From Podarcis erhardii (lineage: Eukaryota), in NCBI GenBank assembly GCA_964252035.1, contig OZ176203.1: DNA of 64,000 bases; one strand, written 5' to 3'. A program made the translations under genes and the position numbers. Below, piece after piece: positions 1 to 12,890 of this stretch. The notes under the pieces were generated by a model that saw nothing but the letters and a program-made list of their open reading frames with translations, was not told the origin of the DNA and made no database searches. The stretch's first letter is position 1. Every line of letters begins with the position of its first letter.

Positions 1-584
1 CTAGTTTTGAAGCAGTACTGTTAAGTTGTGTCAATTAAACTGTGTCAGCAGTTGGGTATAGTATATAAAGAGCAGTGTGTACCTCTCTCAGTACCCTGGT
101 GAATGGGTGGGTCATACTTATAGATTTAATGTAAGAGGAGTTTTTGTTTTTGTAATTAAAACCAAGCAAAATATATTTTTGCATTTCTTCATTGTTTCCT
201 GAACGTGTGGTCTCCCCAGCATGCTTTCTGCAGAGCAATTAATCTGCTAAATACACAACAGGATCAAGTGCATTTTTAGGGGTACTCCTGGATACATCTT
301 TGCCACTAGAGGCCCAAGTGTCCTGTATGGCTAGGAGTGCCTTATACCAGCTTTGTCTGGTTCACTAGCTACGGACATTCTTGGGCAGGGATAGCCTCTT
401 CACTGTAGCCTGTGCATTGATAATCTTGAGACTGAATCACTTTACAAAGGCCAGAACAAATTAAGTTCACTGTATAGTAGGAAATGCTTGAACCCTTATC
501 AGCTCAATCACAGATCAAGTGCTGCAAGGAGTGTTGCCGGCCATTCCCCAGCTTGATGTGGCTCATTTGACAGCAACAAGAATC

Positions 585-712
585 TGAACTTTTAGCGCCA
601 TCACTCCAGTCCAGTGGAATGCTCTGACAACAGAGATTCAGCAAGCACCTTCTGTTTCAACCTTTAAACACCTCCTGAAAACATTCCACCAGGCCTTTCT
701 GGCAATTAAGAA
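585..712 (+). mobile_element. Degenerate L2 LINE 3' fragment
   Basis: tggaatgctct...agattc...cttct...tttaaacacctcctgaaaac...caggccttt resembles the L2 3' end seen at 14402-14950 and 23775. Confidence 0.4.
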
Positions 713-929
713 TACATATTTTTATAACAGTTTGCTGGTATCTCATTTTAACATTTTATATAGTTTTAATTGTATGGTTTTATGTATCACAGTTGCGAGC
801 CACTCTGATACTTATTTATGAATAGCAGCATAGATACTTCCCAGCACCCCAAACAATAACTTGCTGTGCCCATGTTTCAGAGAAGCTAATGAAGTCTGAG
901 TCACAATCCTTGGGTTGTGTGCAGCTAAA

Positions 930-2385
930 CAGGGAAGAAGAAGAAAAAAAAATTGGTGAAAGGAGGGAAAGTAAAGTTATATTATATTGAGATTAATTAC
1001 AGAACAGGGGGGCCCACTAGGGGGCGCATAGGAAGATGGCCGACAATAACATCTCTCCGACCCACGGGAGGTATTTGGAGGCTATGTTGGGAGTAATTAG
1101 CCTCCCTAAACCCACTCAAGATGGTGAGTGGGGCCGTATGCCTGCTGTGCCCGATACCACCCCCGAATTTTTGAGGGGGATGGGGGCATTAGGCACAAAA
1201 CCCTCCCGTGGGTCGGCACTCCTCGACGCCATCTCTGACCTGCGCCACTAGCTGCAAGAACTTCAAAAGAAACGATTTGGCACGAAGGAACGCACATACT
1301 TCAGGAAACGAGGAGGAGTGAATACTGCAATAAAGAGGTCTCTGGAAAAACAAGATTTAATTTATGAGAAGATACGGTATGGCAAAGACTGATGGGGGGG
1401 GGGAAACGTTTTATGTTACTTATGTGATTAACCCCAAGAATCCCCTCCCTTCAAGAGTCAAAAGCCAGAAATGAGGTTTTAAGGACTTAAGCTGTGAATC
1501 TAAGGCTGTGTGGAGATAAACTTTCGAATCAAAGTATGTTTTTAGAAGACTGTGGAAAGTATAAGAGCTTTGTTCCTACGCAGTCAAAAATGTCGCTGTC
1601 GCCATCTTGGGAAGCTCTGTCGGAGGAATAAGCCTGGGAGGACAGTGAATATCGTGGGAGAGACTCATCAAAGGGGCTTTAAGTACGACAGAGCTATGAA
1701 TTTACGAGGGAAAAAGTGATCTTATCTCCGAAGGTGATGATTTATGGGAACCATCTGGATGGAGGTTCACGACGGGAAATCTACACAGGAGCATTACCGG
1801 TGTATATCGGCTTAAGGAGACCATCAGGAGAGACCATAAAGGACAAAGAGAAAATATTTGATTAAAAAGTGATGTGGAAACAGCAAGATAAGACTGGAAA
1901 GAACTATGAATATGTGTTTGGACTGTTTGAACATCTATTTGGACTTATTTGGACTGATTTGGACATTAATGCAGAAGTAATGATTAGATCAGAATCCCTC
2001 CTCGGATCTGGAAGTATGGGACCCCCCAACAAAATTTAAAAATTCAGCACTATAATTTGGAATCTATGTGATGTGGTTTGATTCGATGTGATTGGCCGGT
2101 TAATAAAAATTTATTTTTTAAAAAAGAGATTAATTACAGAACAAAAATAAGAAAAGATGGAAAGGATTTGCTGAAATAGATAATTGAATTAGAATACAAA
2201 AAAGGGAGGTGTGAGGAGGTCAAGGAAATAAGCGAATGAAAAATAAGTTGGGAAGATTAGTTGTGGGGTTTTTTTCTCTTGTTGTGATGTGTTGTTTTGT
2301 TTTTGCCTGGTGTTATTGTTATTGTTTTTACTTTTGCTTTTTGTAATCCTTGAAAATTTTAATAAATATTTTTTTTTAAAAAAAG
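930..2385 (+). mobile_element. L1-like LINE 3' UTR remnant, split by the 1007-2125 insertion
   Basis: Purine-rich tract (aagaaaagatggaaaggatttgctgaaatag...aaaaaagggaggtgtgaggagg), then a T/G-rich tract, AATAAA and an A tail at about 2360-2385. The sequence is continuous once the TSD-flanked insert is removed. The family call is from memory. Confidence 0.5.
1007..2125 (+). mobile_element. 1.1-kb non-autonomous retroposon (L1-mobilised-like)
   Basis: Perfect 18-bp TSD GAGATTAATTACAGAACA (989-1006 / 2126-2143). 5' G-run, AAGATGGC (YY1-type) motif near 1033, AATAAA at 2102 and a short A tail. No RT ORF. Confidence 0.85.
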
Positions 2386-2851
2386 GAATTCCTCTTTAGC
2401 CTCTTTAGCCTCTGAAATACTGCAAGAGAACCTGGGATAAACTTACCATATTATATTATGTGCTGAATCAGGACAGCAAAGTATCTTTGGCCAACCCTGC
2501 ACACTGATTCATAAATGCTCAAGTCCTTGATGTTGAAAAAGCTGTATTTTCACAGTGAGAGTTTACGTGAAGAACATTCATACAATCCATTGTCTGTATT
2601 CATTCTGATGTGGCACCACTGACCCAAGAGCACTGTATCACATGATCCTCCTGAACATATAGATTAGGGTTTACATGAAGCGTACCATATGCACTACCAT
2701 ATCCCTGATAAGTTGCTATATTGTGGGTTCTTCAGATTTAACAGACTGCTATCAATACATTTGTCAAGTTACTTTCTGAACAAATAAGCATGTATACAAG
2801 ACTTCTCATTGTGAACTCAAAGTCTTTTGCTAATTATCTTCACTGGGGGTA

Positions 2852-2970
2852 TTTAAGTAGAGGCTGGACAGCCATTTGCTATGGATGCTGTAGTTACAGT
2901 CCTTCATTCAGCAGGTGGCTGAATTAGAAGAAACTCCAAAATCCCTTCCAGCTGCTTAATTCTATGATCT
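2852..2970 (+). mobile_element. CR1 LINE 3' end fragment
   Basis: gaggctggacagccat...atcccttccagc...attctatgatct matches the CR1 3' terminus with a degenerate (ATTCTATG) tail. Confidence 0.6.
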
Positions 2971-3051
2971 CACTAATATTTGCAACAATCCTATAAAGTA
3001 AGCCTTGGAATAACAATAATGAGCTTTAAGCAACCTATTATTTAGATTGCA

Positions 3052-3052
3052 G

Positions 3053-3087
<35 letters not shown>
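3052..3087. repeat. (GTT)12 microsatellite
   Basis: Directly visible. Confidence 0.98.
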
Positions 3088-3158
3088 AAAAACCATTAAA
3101 AAGAAAAAAGGACAAATGAACTCTATGATCTGGTATACTTGCTACATATTCTGTAGAG

Positions 3159-3294
3159 CAGGCACCCCCAAACTTGGCCCTCCAGATGTTTTGGGACTAC
3201 AACTCCCATCATCCCTAGCTAACAGGACCAGTGGTCAGGGATGATGGGAATTGTATTCCCAAAACATCTGGAGGGCCGAGTTTGGGGATGCCTG
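3159..3294. mobile_element. Short palindromic non-autonomous DNA transposon (hAT-like MITE)
   Basis: Termini caggcacccccaaact / agtttggggatgcctg and an internal inverted repeat ccagatgttttggga / cccaaaacatctgg. Confidence 0.8.
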
Positions 3295-3394
3295 CTATAT
3301 AAATATTTATTAAAATTAAAATATTTATTAGAGCCAAAGAATGTAAGACTGGTTTATATAATAAATGTAATAGGTGAAAGCAATAATAGTGTAT

Positions 3395-3737
3395 GGGACG
3401 CGGGTGGCGCTGTGGGTAAAACCTCAGCGCCTAGGACTTGCCGATTGCATGGTCGGCGGTTCGAATCCCTGCGGTGGGGTGCGCTCCCGTCGTTCGGTCC
3501 CAGCGCCTGCCAACCTAGCAGTTCGAAAGCACCCCCGGGTGCAAGTTGATAAATAGGGACCGCTTACCAGTGGGAAGGTAAATGGCGTTCCGTGTGCTGC
3601 GCTGGCTCGCCAGATGCAGCTTGTCACGCTGGCCACCCGGGCGCTGACTCCCGGCCTATAGAGTGAGATGAGCGCACAACCCTAGAGTCTGTCAAGACTG
3701 GCCCGTACAGGCAGGGGTACCTTTACCTTTACCTTTT
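3395..3737 (+). mobile_element. Sauria SINE, subfamily A, with an internal deletion of about 20 bp
   Basis: gggacgcgggtggcgctgtggg head, B box ggttcgaatccc, (ACCTTT)n tail, 12-bp TSD AATAATAGTGTA (3382-3393 / 3738-3749). Confidence 0.95.
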
Positions 3738-6089
3738 AATAATAGTGTACCTAAAACATCCCTGTTAGAAACATAGCCCAGTCATTTCTTCCAGAGAAGC
3801 TGTTCCAGTAGTGAACTTCTCTAAGACGTTTTCTTCTCATCTCTAACCTACAGTGGACTTTTTTTCTAAAACCAATGCACCTTAGCTTTCCTTGGGCAAT
3901 GAACTACTATTCCCTCTGCTCCTTCCAAGATTCTTCTTTAAAGTATCAGAATATCTCCCTTCAAAATTTACCCTACTTCATCTAATCTTAGTGATCTTTG
4001 GTCTGCCCTTGTAAGACTTGCTTACTGGATAAAGGCTGGAAAAATATATTTGTTTAGCCTTATCAATGTTACTAGGAGTGAGGTGCTGACAGTGTTTAAA
4101 TATTTCAAAAGATTTTGAACAGAGAAAGGACTACACTTGGCCTGATACTATTATAAGCTTACAAAATACGTCTTTATGAACATGTTGCTTGCTTATGGAA
4201 TAATAAAGCAAATGATTCAGTTATTCACCCCATATCAGGTAATTATCACTAAAATCTCAGCCTTTCTTTTTGCCCTCATGTTGGGAAGTGGGGGGGGGGG
4301 AATAATGAGCAACATGTCTCAAAAATAGCAGTTGGGCCTCAGAAGAACTAGTCTTCCTAGTCCTGCTAAATCTTTTCCATATCTCCAGGGCAAAACTTGG
4401 TGTGTCTAAATTGGGAACGCTATCGTCTCACATTGCCTTTTCAAAAACAACTCATTTTCCCATTTAGATTTTCCCCATCACCTTGCCGCTGGTCACAATA
4501 TCTAGTCTGAGGAGAAAAGCAAAGATGACTAACACTTCCCTCAGCAAGCTTGATGAAGAGTTGGTAATAGCAGCAATTTGCATGCAATTTTCACAAAATA
4601 CCTCAGCATTTATTGAACTTTTAAGCAGAGGCTGAGTATTTTAACTTTTCAGCCCCCTTAATAGGAATTCTTGTAAAGGTTCCTATTAAGAAATACTTAA
4701 GTATAGAATGCTATAATAATAAATGCTGGAGGGTATGAATTAATCCTTTAAAATTAGGCATAGAACATTGCAGTAAGTCTTTTTTTTCCCTGCCTCTCTC
4801 TTTTACCACAAGGGTAGTTCAGATGTTATAAATCACCTGACTCACTGTTTGTATGAATATGCTTTCACAGAATAAACAATAGCTAATTTTGGACTTGTGT
4901 CAGAATCCATTTGTGCCTTTTAATATAATTAAAAATAAAACAATATTTATTTTGCTGTGTTTTAGGCCAACCTTGAATAGACTTGCAATTTAGTACAATG
5001 ATTGTTGGCCTAGCCCCCATGTCTATGAAAAGTTGATGTTGCAACATTCTTCTGCTTGGAAGCAATATTTTTACAATATTTTTAAATCCAAATGCTGCAA
5101 ATAATAATAATCATAGTAATAATAATAATATGCTTTAACAGAAGTTCTAGAAAAAGACGTTCTGCCATAAAACATTACTGCTGAAAAGAAATTGCCCACA
5201 CCTTGGGACTTCATCCTTGCTACCAATTTCCTTTGCCCACAATTTACATCCTCTACTGCTGCACAACAATAAACTCACTACTTTTGCTTGTAGCTTCCAA
5301 TCTCCCCTTCTAAGGCCACCAGGAAAGCCCACAACCAATGGTCCTTGCAGGAATGAAGCCTTCTTAGAAACAAACCAAAGGCAGATGTATATAAAGCCCA
5401 TCTCCTCTCTTTGTCCCATCTTTTCCCACTCTTCCGCTGTGATGCATTATATGGCTCTTTCTCAGAGCTCAGGGATGTGGCATCAACATTTCTCACCTTT
5501 TAGATTGGCAGAGGAGGAAACACCTCTCCTGATATAGACCAACCTGGACTCTACATTCATCACCTGAGGCCCTTTTCTGTGAGAGAAATTGACATGACCA
5601 AAAAGGGACTCTTTTCATCTGTGTCCCCCTGGCTATGGAATGTTCTTCATAGCGTGACCTGCCTGGCACTCATTCTAGCATCGTTTCAGTGGCAGGTTAA
5701 AATATCTCTCCCCCACTCCACCCTCCTGGCATTTGGTGGATTATGACAGGTTGCCATAGCCCTGTTGCTATTCTTGACTTGATCCTTGGGGTGCTTGTTT
5801 TGTTAGTATAATGACTATTTCTATATTTTTTAATATTCTGTTTGTACATTCCCTCGAATGGTACTTTACTTTTTATTTTGGTATTTTTACTCTGTTTCTA
5901 CATTCCCCAGAAGGTGGTGGTTGTTGCTTTTTGCATTTGGTGGCTAACAAATCAAATTATTAATCAATATTAATCAAATTATGCTTTAATGCATAAAAGT
6001 CACTTTGTCCGAAGCTTGCCTTAAGTAGTGCTATCAATAGCCACCACAACCTTTCTACAGATTCTCAGTGTGAACATAATGAATGCATA

Positions 6090-6410
6090 TGTTATGTACT
6101 GAGCTGAATCCTAGAACAATAGGATCCAGAATGCAGCAGTCTGATTGGTCTTCAGGAGCCACCCAATCCAGCTCCAGGTGGAAGTCAATCTACGACTTGA
6201 TTGGCCTGCAGGAGCAGCCAATCAGGCTGCTGGATGAAGTAAATCAGCAACCTGATTGGCCTACAGAAGCAGCCCAGAATTAGCCAATCACACAGGGCCT
6301 ATTGTGTAAATAATGTATATATAGCAGACGTTTTGGGGAAAGTTTCATTCATTGCTACTACGAGCTGAATAAAAAGCATGAAATTCACACTCGACTCCGA
6401 GTATATTTCA
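6090..6410 (+). mobile_element. Solo LTR (321 bp, probably Gypsy-type)
   Basis: TG...CA termini, perfect 5-bp TSD GCATA (6085-6089 / 6411-6415), several CCAAT/ATTGG boxes, TATATA and AATAAA. Confidence 0.9.
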
Positions 6411-6796
6411 GCATACATGTACTTATAGCAGATCTTTTAAGATGTTTAAATGTAGCCTTGTAAGTCAAGGGCACAGTCTGTCATCTGAATGCCACTGCCC
6501 CCCCCCCATTTGTATTTTTTTATGTTCACTTTTAACTGGCTAAAGTGGAACCCATGATCTAATACAAGAATGGATAGAATGCACACACCATCCTAAAGGT
6601 CTTTTAGCCAGCAAAACCTTAAGCAAAAATAGGTGTATGACCCATGGGTCTAACACTTTGGATTTGGGCCTGACATTTTATATCATATTATGCTCAGGAG
6701 AATCAGGCTTCTTTCAGAAGTTCCAAATTGCTTTGGTTTATGTGAAACTATAAATGACAAACAAGTTGTCAAAATGATAAAGAATGGAAAAGACTC

Positions 6797-6833
6797 TGTG
6801 TGTGTGTGTGTGTGTGTGCGCGTGTGCGCGCGC
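6797..6833. repeat. (TG)n/(CG)n alternating purine-pyrimidine tract
   Basis: Directly visible. Confidence 0.95.
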
Positions 6834-7478
6834 ACCTTTGTCTGTCGCATACCAAAATCATGTCCTTCTGCTCACAATGCAAGGCCCATTTCTTCCACTA
6901 ATGAATGAATTCAGGGGCAAGATTCCTTAGCTCTAGTGAGAATCTGTAGTTCGCTTTCTGAGAGAAAAAGCTATTAAGTGCAGTGGTGTATTATTAATGT
7001 GTTTATGTCATCCCTATGATATTTATTGTAAGCACATTAATGAAACTGCCATGAATATTAGGGCAGATTTATAGAAGTGGGACAGTGTTTACAGCCAGAT
7101 TATGCTGCAGCAATGGAAATATTTTATTTTACTGAACTATATACATTGGGTATTTATTTAACTATTTTCTACCATTTCAGGAAATAGGCTCTATTATAAA
7201 GATCAATGGCCTTGGGTTTATAGTCTTCTTATCCTGTTTCTCTTTTGGCTCCCCTGCCCCTTCAAACAGAGAATCAATTTTTAATGCAAGTAACATATAC
7301 AATCTGTTTAAATAATTATATAGATATATTACCAGGGAAAATGTTTAAGCTTCTCAGGAGAAAGATCAAATGTATTGATCAAAGTATGCGTACACCATAC
7401 GTACATACAAGGAACACAAGCCATAACCTTACACCAAACATTTCAGAAATCCAAAAGCATGTAATTCATTAGTCATAG

Positions 7479-7590
7479 TAACATAGGAAGTTGCCTTATA
7501 CTGAGTCCAAAGGCTGGTTCATCTAACTCAGTATTGGCAGCGCTGTGGCAGTGACTGGTCCAGATTTGAGACAGGGAAGGGTCTCTCCAA
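7479..7590 (-). mobile_element. tRNA-derived SINE 3' portion (Squam2-like)
   Basis: acataggaagttgccttatactgagtc...catctaactcagtattg is the reverse complement of the 3' end shared with 34360 and 57510. Confidence 0.7.
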
Positions 7591-8353
7591 AAAGTTGATG
7601 GGCATTGTTATTCAAATGGTATGCATGTGCCACATCTTGTGATTAATTATGTGGGCTGGGGCGTATCTGTATTTTATTCAAGTTGGCCCCACTGCCTGTA
7701 TTTCATGTACATTTGCTTTTTTGTGCCAATAGCATATATACTGCAGTTGGGCAGAATTAAATAATTCTGAACCCATCACTTATCTGTAAATACCAGAACA
7801 GGACTGATATTACACTCCTTCCACACAATTATCTGCTACTGGTCAACCCCCACCCCAGTTTTCCTAATTTAAACAGTATAGTGTAAGGAAGTAATAGTAT
7901 TGTTGGGAGTCAAAAATCCCTGTCAATCTACTTCAGATCACCTGGAAATCTACCAGTGAATTCCAATCTACTTCTTGCACTCTGATATAGGCCATGACTT
8001 CCCAAAATTGTGGAAAGCTGAATGGCACTTCCAGTGGTACTTTGGGAACTGTTGTATGAATAATTGCTCCTACATCATGCTAGGAATCCCTGCAAAGCTA
8101 TGACTTGCACATAACAGGTAGCCAAACTCTGGTATTGGTGCCACCATCAGGAGTTTGTGGCATTCTGGAAGAAGAGTAGGAGGGCACACTGCCCAGAGTG
8201 TGGCATAGAATCAGGCTTTCACTGCTCCCTGCCACTCTAGCGCAGAAAACTAGAGACAAAACCCCACTATGCCATGTGTGCCTACGTATGCACTTTAGCA
8301 TATTTTAGCATAGCTTCGAGTGGCATTTTCATATCCAGCATTTGAATTGTGTC

Positions 8354-8744
8354 TGTCAAGGTCAGAGAACTGCTGGATCTGTGTGTACCTACTCTGTCTA
8401 GTGAACCACTGAACTGCAGGAGGCGACATCTCCATGAGGTACCCAAAGGAAGGACTCTGCTCACCCAGACAGACTGGACATTGGATGCCCATGAGCAGGA
8501 AGGAGAAGAGAGATGATTCCTGTTCCAGTTGAGCCTTGCTCAGGCAACAAGATTTTCCTGAGATCTGGCCTTTTCTTGCATCCTTGGCTATTCTTTGGTC
8601 CTGTCTTCTGGATTTTTTGTTCTTCAGCCAAGTTCCTCTCCAAGTTTTGTCTTTCGGTCCTGCCTTGCTCTTTGGGTCCTAGCTAGTGGTTGGTCCATGG
8701 TTCCTGTCTCACCCCAGGCTACAAACCAGCTCTGACTCTTGACA
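8354..8744. mobile_element. Old solo-LTR-like element
   Basis: Terminal inverted repeats TGTCAAGGTCAGA / TCTGACTCTTGACA. No TSD is discernible. Confidence 0.4.
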
Positions 8745-9176
8745 AAAAGTTTGCCCACTACTGAGAATAATAGATGATAAAGGCTCTCACTGCATCCTCC
8801 TGTTCCAAACAAATTAGCAACTAATCACAACTAGATTTCGGTTTCAAAAGGTTGGGGGAAGATCAGTCATGGATCAGTTGTATAGCAGATACAAGTGAAA
8901 AGAAGTGAAGCAACATTGGGAGGTCAACCAACAGCCTCTCGCGTAATGTGTCATTTGGCTCTCATTTCTATTTAGCTTCATGGAGTAAACTAGTATTTGT
9001 GGTATCACATCAGTGAAAGTGACATATTATATACCCCTTGATGTGGGAGGTTGGGGGTAAACCCCACATTGTTCCAAGAAATCTCTTTGTATGTGGATTT
9101 CACTTCAAGGCCATAAAATTAAACACATTTGATGGAACAGTCTCTTGTTGGCATAACTGGAATTTTGTAAAACAAC

Positions 9177-9257
9177 GCACAATCCTAACCAGAAAGAAGT
9201 CCTACTGAATTCAATGGGGCTTACTCCCCAATGAGTGGGGTTTGGATTGTAGCCTTA
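9177..9257. mobile_element. Short ancient palindromic repeat (MITE-like)
   Basis: cacaatccta...aagtcctactgaattcaatggggcttact...ggattgtagc. A related remnant is near 55467-55520. Confidence 0.55.
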
Positions 9258-9781
9258 AACAACAATTAAAAAGAGTGTTACTCACCATTAACACTCAATG
9301 CAAAGAGGTTGTCTTTGAATTACACAATTAAAATATGGCATGCACATTTAAAGTGCTGTTCAAATAAGTCCGGGTTGTAGCTTGAAAGCCCCCTGTTGAG
9401 AACGCTTAGCTGAAATCATTAGTGTCTTGTCTTTTAATTTAGAGAAAATTGTCCTTTTAACTTTATTTCTATCTTTTCAGGAGTTTTGCATTTTCTGGTC
9501 AGTGACTTAAATATAAAATAAGGAAGGCTTCAAAGAGAGAGGACAAAACATCACACCCACCTGTTCAATGTATTGATATGCAATATGCTCACTGAGTCCC
9601 ATAATGAAGACAGAATATTAATAATACATTCATTTCTGATCAAAAAGGCATCTGCACATTTTACTGCAATTAGCTTGTCTCAGTGAATCAGATTAACTTC
9701 TGCCATGAAAGTAAAATGTCATTAAAATATAATATTCATTGATAACTTAAACTGTAATGATGGCAAGTTAAGACATACCAA

Positions 9782-9922
9782 NNNNNNNNNNNNNNNNNNN
9801 NNNNNNNNNNNNNNNNNNNNNNNNNNNNNNNNNNNNNNNNNNNNNNNNNNNNNNNNNNNNNNNNNNNNNNNNNNNNNNNNNNNNNNNNNNNNNNNNNNNN
9901 NNNNNNNNNNNNNNNNNNNNNN
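9782..9922. other. Assembly gap (141 N)
   Basis: Run of N. Confidence 1.
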
Positions 9923-11592
9923 GTTGTAAAAACTTAGCAATAAAATAAAAAAGCAGATGGATGGGGTAAATGTTTGCTTTGCAAAGCAGGATCAATAAGA
10001 AGTTATGCTAAATTCCTGTAAATAATCAATCAGCGAATGAGTTGGAAATTGTGCTAGCCACTTATTAGACTGGTTGCACGATAGCTATTTAAATGGGGGT
10101 ACAGGAGCAAACCTAGATGTGTTAAATATGTCTTTGCATGTGATTTGCACAGTGATAAAAAGACAAATAGAAGCTGCTGAGGAGAAAGGATGGTCAGGAA
10201 CACAGTAGGCAAAGAATCAGAGTTTAAGCCTTTATTTACTGCTGTGATCCTATTTTTTTAATAGAAAAATACCATCACTGCGTTGTGATGAAAACATTGA
10301 CACCAATTGCAGCTTCTCATCCCAATGCAGATAGCAGCTTCAGACAAACGTGTGATTTTGTTTGTTTGTTTTCATCAAAACTCCTGCTCTTTGTATGTTG
10401 CAGTTCCAATAATGATAAGCTTCCCTCATAACTGCTAATTGCATTCATGCAATTAGCATGAATGAACCATAAGGTTCATTTGGAATGTTATTGACCTGGT
10501 ACATGAATGCAAAACCCAGTCCATTACTAACAAAAACATAACATAGATAAATATTTGATTTTTTTTTCCCTGTACAAATGTCTACAAATAGTTCATTAAT
10601 AGCACAACTTTTCTTGTGTCTACTCAGAAGGAAGTCTCACTTTGTTAAATTTGGTGAATGATGAAGCACAGCCCAATTGAAGTATTTCTAGACCTGGCAA
10701 TCAAAATGAGGAAAGTGGGAAACCCTAAATAAATAAAAATAAAAAAACCCTTAAATTTGATGACAAGGTCTGCTATCCAATGTATAGAAATCATTATGTT
10801 TTTAGTTATAAATTGTTTGTAACAAAGCATGCAATAGAAATGGCTGTACTTTTATCATTACTGCCTTAGCATGTTCTAAGTCTTAGAAAGAAAGAAATAG
10901 AAGTACCATGATTCTTTCTCAAACACACATAGATATATATATATATATAAAACCATATTTTATCTATTAGGCTGTAATTTTATGCACACATTCCTGGGAG
11001 AAAGTGGTAGAGGTTACTTCAGAACAAATATACAAAGGATTTCTAAAGGTATAATTGTCATTTTCTCTGACTTTATATTTTTGCTGATTTAAAATATTAA
11101 TAATTCTGCCGCAGCAGAATAGTTCCTCCCCCCCAGAAAATAGTGTAAAAATAGTTTTCAAAAGCTATTAAGGGAGGGGAGTTGTTGAATTGTTAAATTT
11201 ACTTTGTTGATGTGCAATAGGTTCCTGGAGAAAGACAGAAAAGGGAGCAGGCATCACCCTCCTCTTCAGCACCGCCAAATTCGGGAGGGGGGGGGGAATC
11301 CAGAAAAGTAATGGATGCTGACATTTGAGTTCTGCTACAATGAACATATCTAGTAAAGTGGAACCTCGAAACCGAGGCCAGAGGAAGATTACATAAACAT
11401 CCCTTGAGTGTACATGCATTTTTTTTACACTTCTGTATTTTTCCTGACCAAATGGAAACCACTTGTACAAGCATTAAACAGATGTTATTTTACGCTTCAC
11501 TTTTTCCTTATATTTTCCAAAAACCTATTTCCACTATACTTATATGTACAGCAACTTTGCGCACACACGGGGGGGGGGGAGGGGGAAGGTTG

Positions 11593-12199
11593 TGTTACAT
11601 ACTTATAAGCACATACACAAAGTCACCTTCATAACACCAGTTTAAATTATGAAGTTCCAGGCTATAGGCTAGAAATTAGGGACCTATGGTTTATGCAGTG
11701 AAATCCTCTCAGGTAGAAAACTGACCCCAGATTCCCAAAGAATTACTTTCAGACACCCGAAAGGTAATCCACAGCTAACTGTCCTCTTAGTTAATACCTA
11801 AAAGCCCCAGTTCCCCTTTTAACATATTAGTTTCTTGAACCAGCACTTGACTGCTGACTGAATTGCAAGTCTCTCTGCTTGGCTTACTCTTTAATTAAAA
11901 TTAATCTATTGATCCTTTATCTAATTAATTCTCTGCTTGACTAATTAATTGGTTAACTAATTGCCTGACTGATATACTCTTATTGCTTGTTTAATTGCCT
12001 ACCCAGATCTCTACTTACCTTATTATTTAGTTACTTCATTGGTCTATTGATTCTCTTCCTGATCATTTGGTTAATATGTTTTTGAATTGATTTCCTACAT
12101 ACCTAATTGGTTAATTTTGTGCCAGTTTGTTCCATTGCTTATCACTATCCAGCCATTATGCTCACTACATAGGACATGCTCTGGTCCATGAATTTGACA
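11593..12199. mobile_element. Possible LTR-like element with a TAAT/ATTGG-rich interior
   Basis: TGTTACA...TTTGACA termini and a distinct low-complexity interior. No TSD. Confidence 0.3.
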
Positions 12200-12766
12200 T
12201 TTCCCATTCATTACAAACCAGAATCAGAAGAATCTTTATTTGCATCAGCCACTAGCCATAGCAATAAAATAAAATACAATGCACTGAAGACAGACATAAA
12301 AACTTGACTACACTAAATACATTATGGAGGTTTATGTCAATAATCAAATAATAGATCTTATTCAAATTGCATATCCTTTTCCTTTCTCTCTTTGTCTTCT
12401 CATCTAATCAAATTTTCTTGCACTTCATGTCCAGATTAGAAACTTGTAGGGATGGGTATGGATTTTGTTCACTCTGCAATTTGGAGCCAGCACCCCTATT
12501 TTGCATCTCCCATGCTAATGCTCAGATTTTAATGTAGATCTGTGGATTCAGCTGCATGTAGATGAAACTTATCAGATCACGGTTCATTCTGTCAATCATC
12601 TGCTGTTATCAGCACCAGAGCTTCTGAGAATTCTACACAGATACGCTTTGTACTTCTTAGCACCACAAAATGATCAACACAAAATGGTTAAGTATGTAAG
12701 GATCCTGTAAATCTGAAAAATAGAAGCCACTGTAGCCAGGGAAATTGTGTGGAAAATTGTAAATGG

Positions 12767-12820
12767 ATCATAGAATTGTAGAGATGTAAGGGACCCCAAG
12801 TGTCATCTAGTCCAACCCCA
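12767..12820 (-). mobile_element. CR1 3' terminal fragment
   Basis: atcatagaattgtagag...aagggacc...gtcatctagtccaacccc. Confidence 0.65.
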
Positions 12821-12890
12821 TGTGGCTCCTGAGATGAAGAGAAGACATGAAATCTTACCAGAGGGCATATGTAGAAGACAACAGCAGCAG

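Noticed and set aside
2439-2650. Minus-strand segment with an acceptor and ATG|gtaagt donor
   Set aside because: Stops in all three frames and no other support.
3047-3244. Poly-Leu ORF; likewise the poly-Asn ORF at 56140-56553
   Set aside because: Products of (GTT)n and (TAT)n microsatellites.
9722-9995. ORFs spanning the N-run
   Set aside because: Artefacts of translating an assembly gap.
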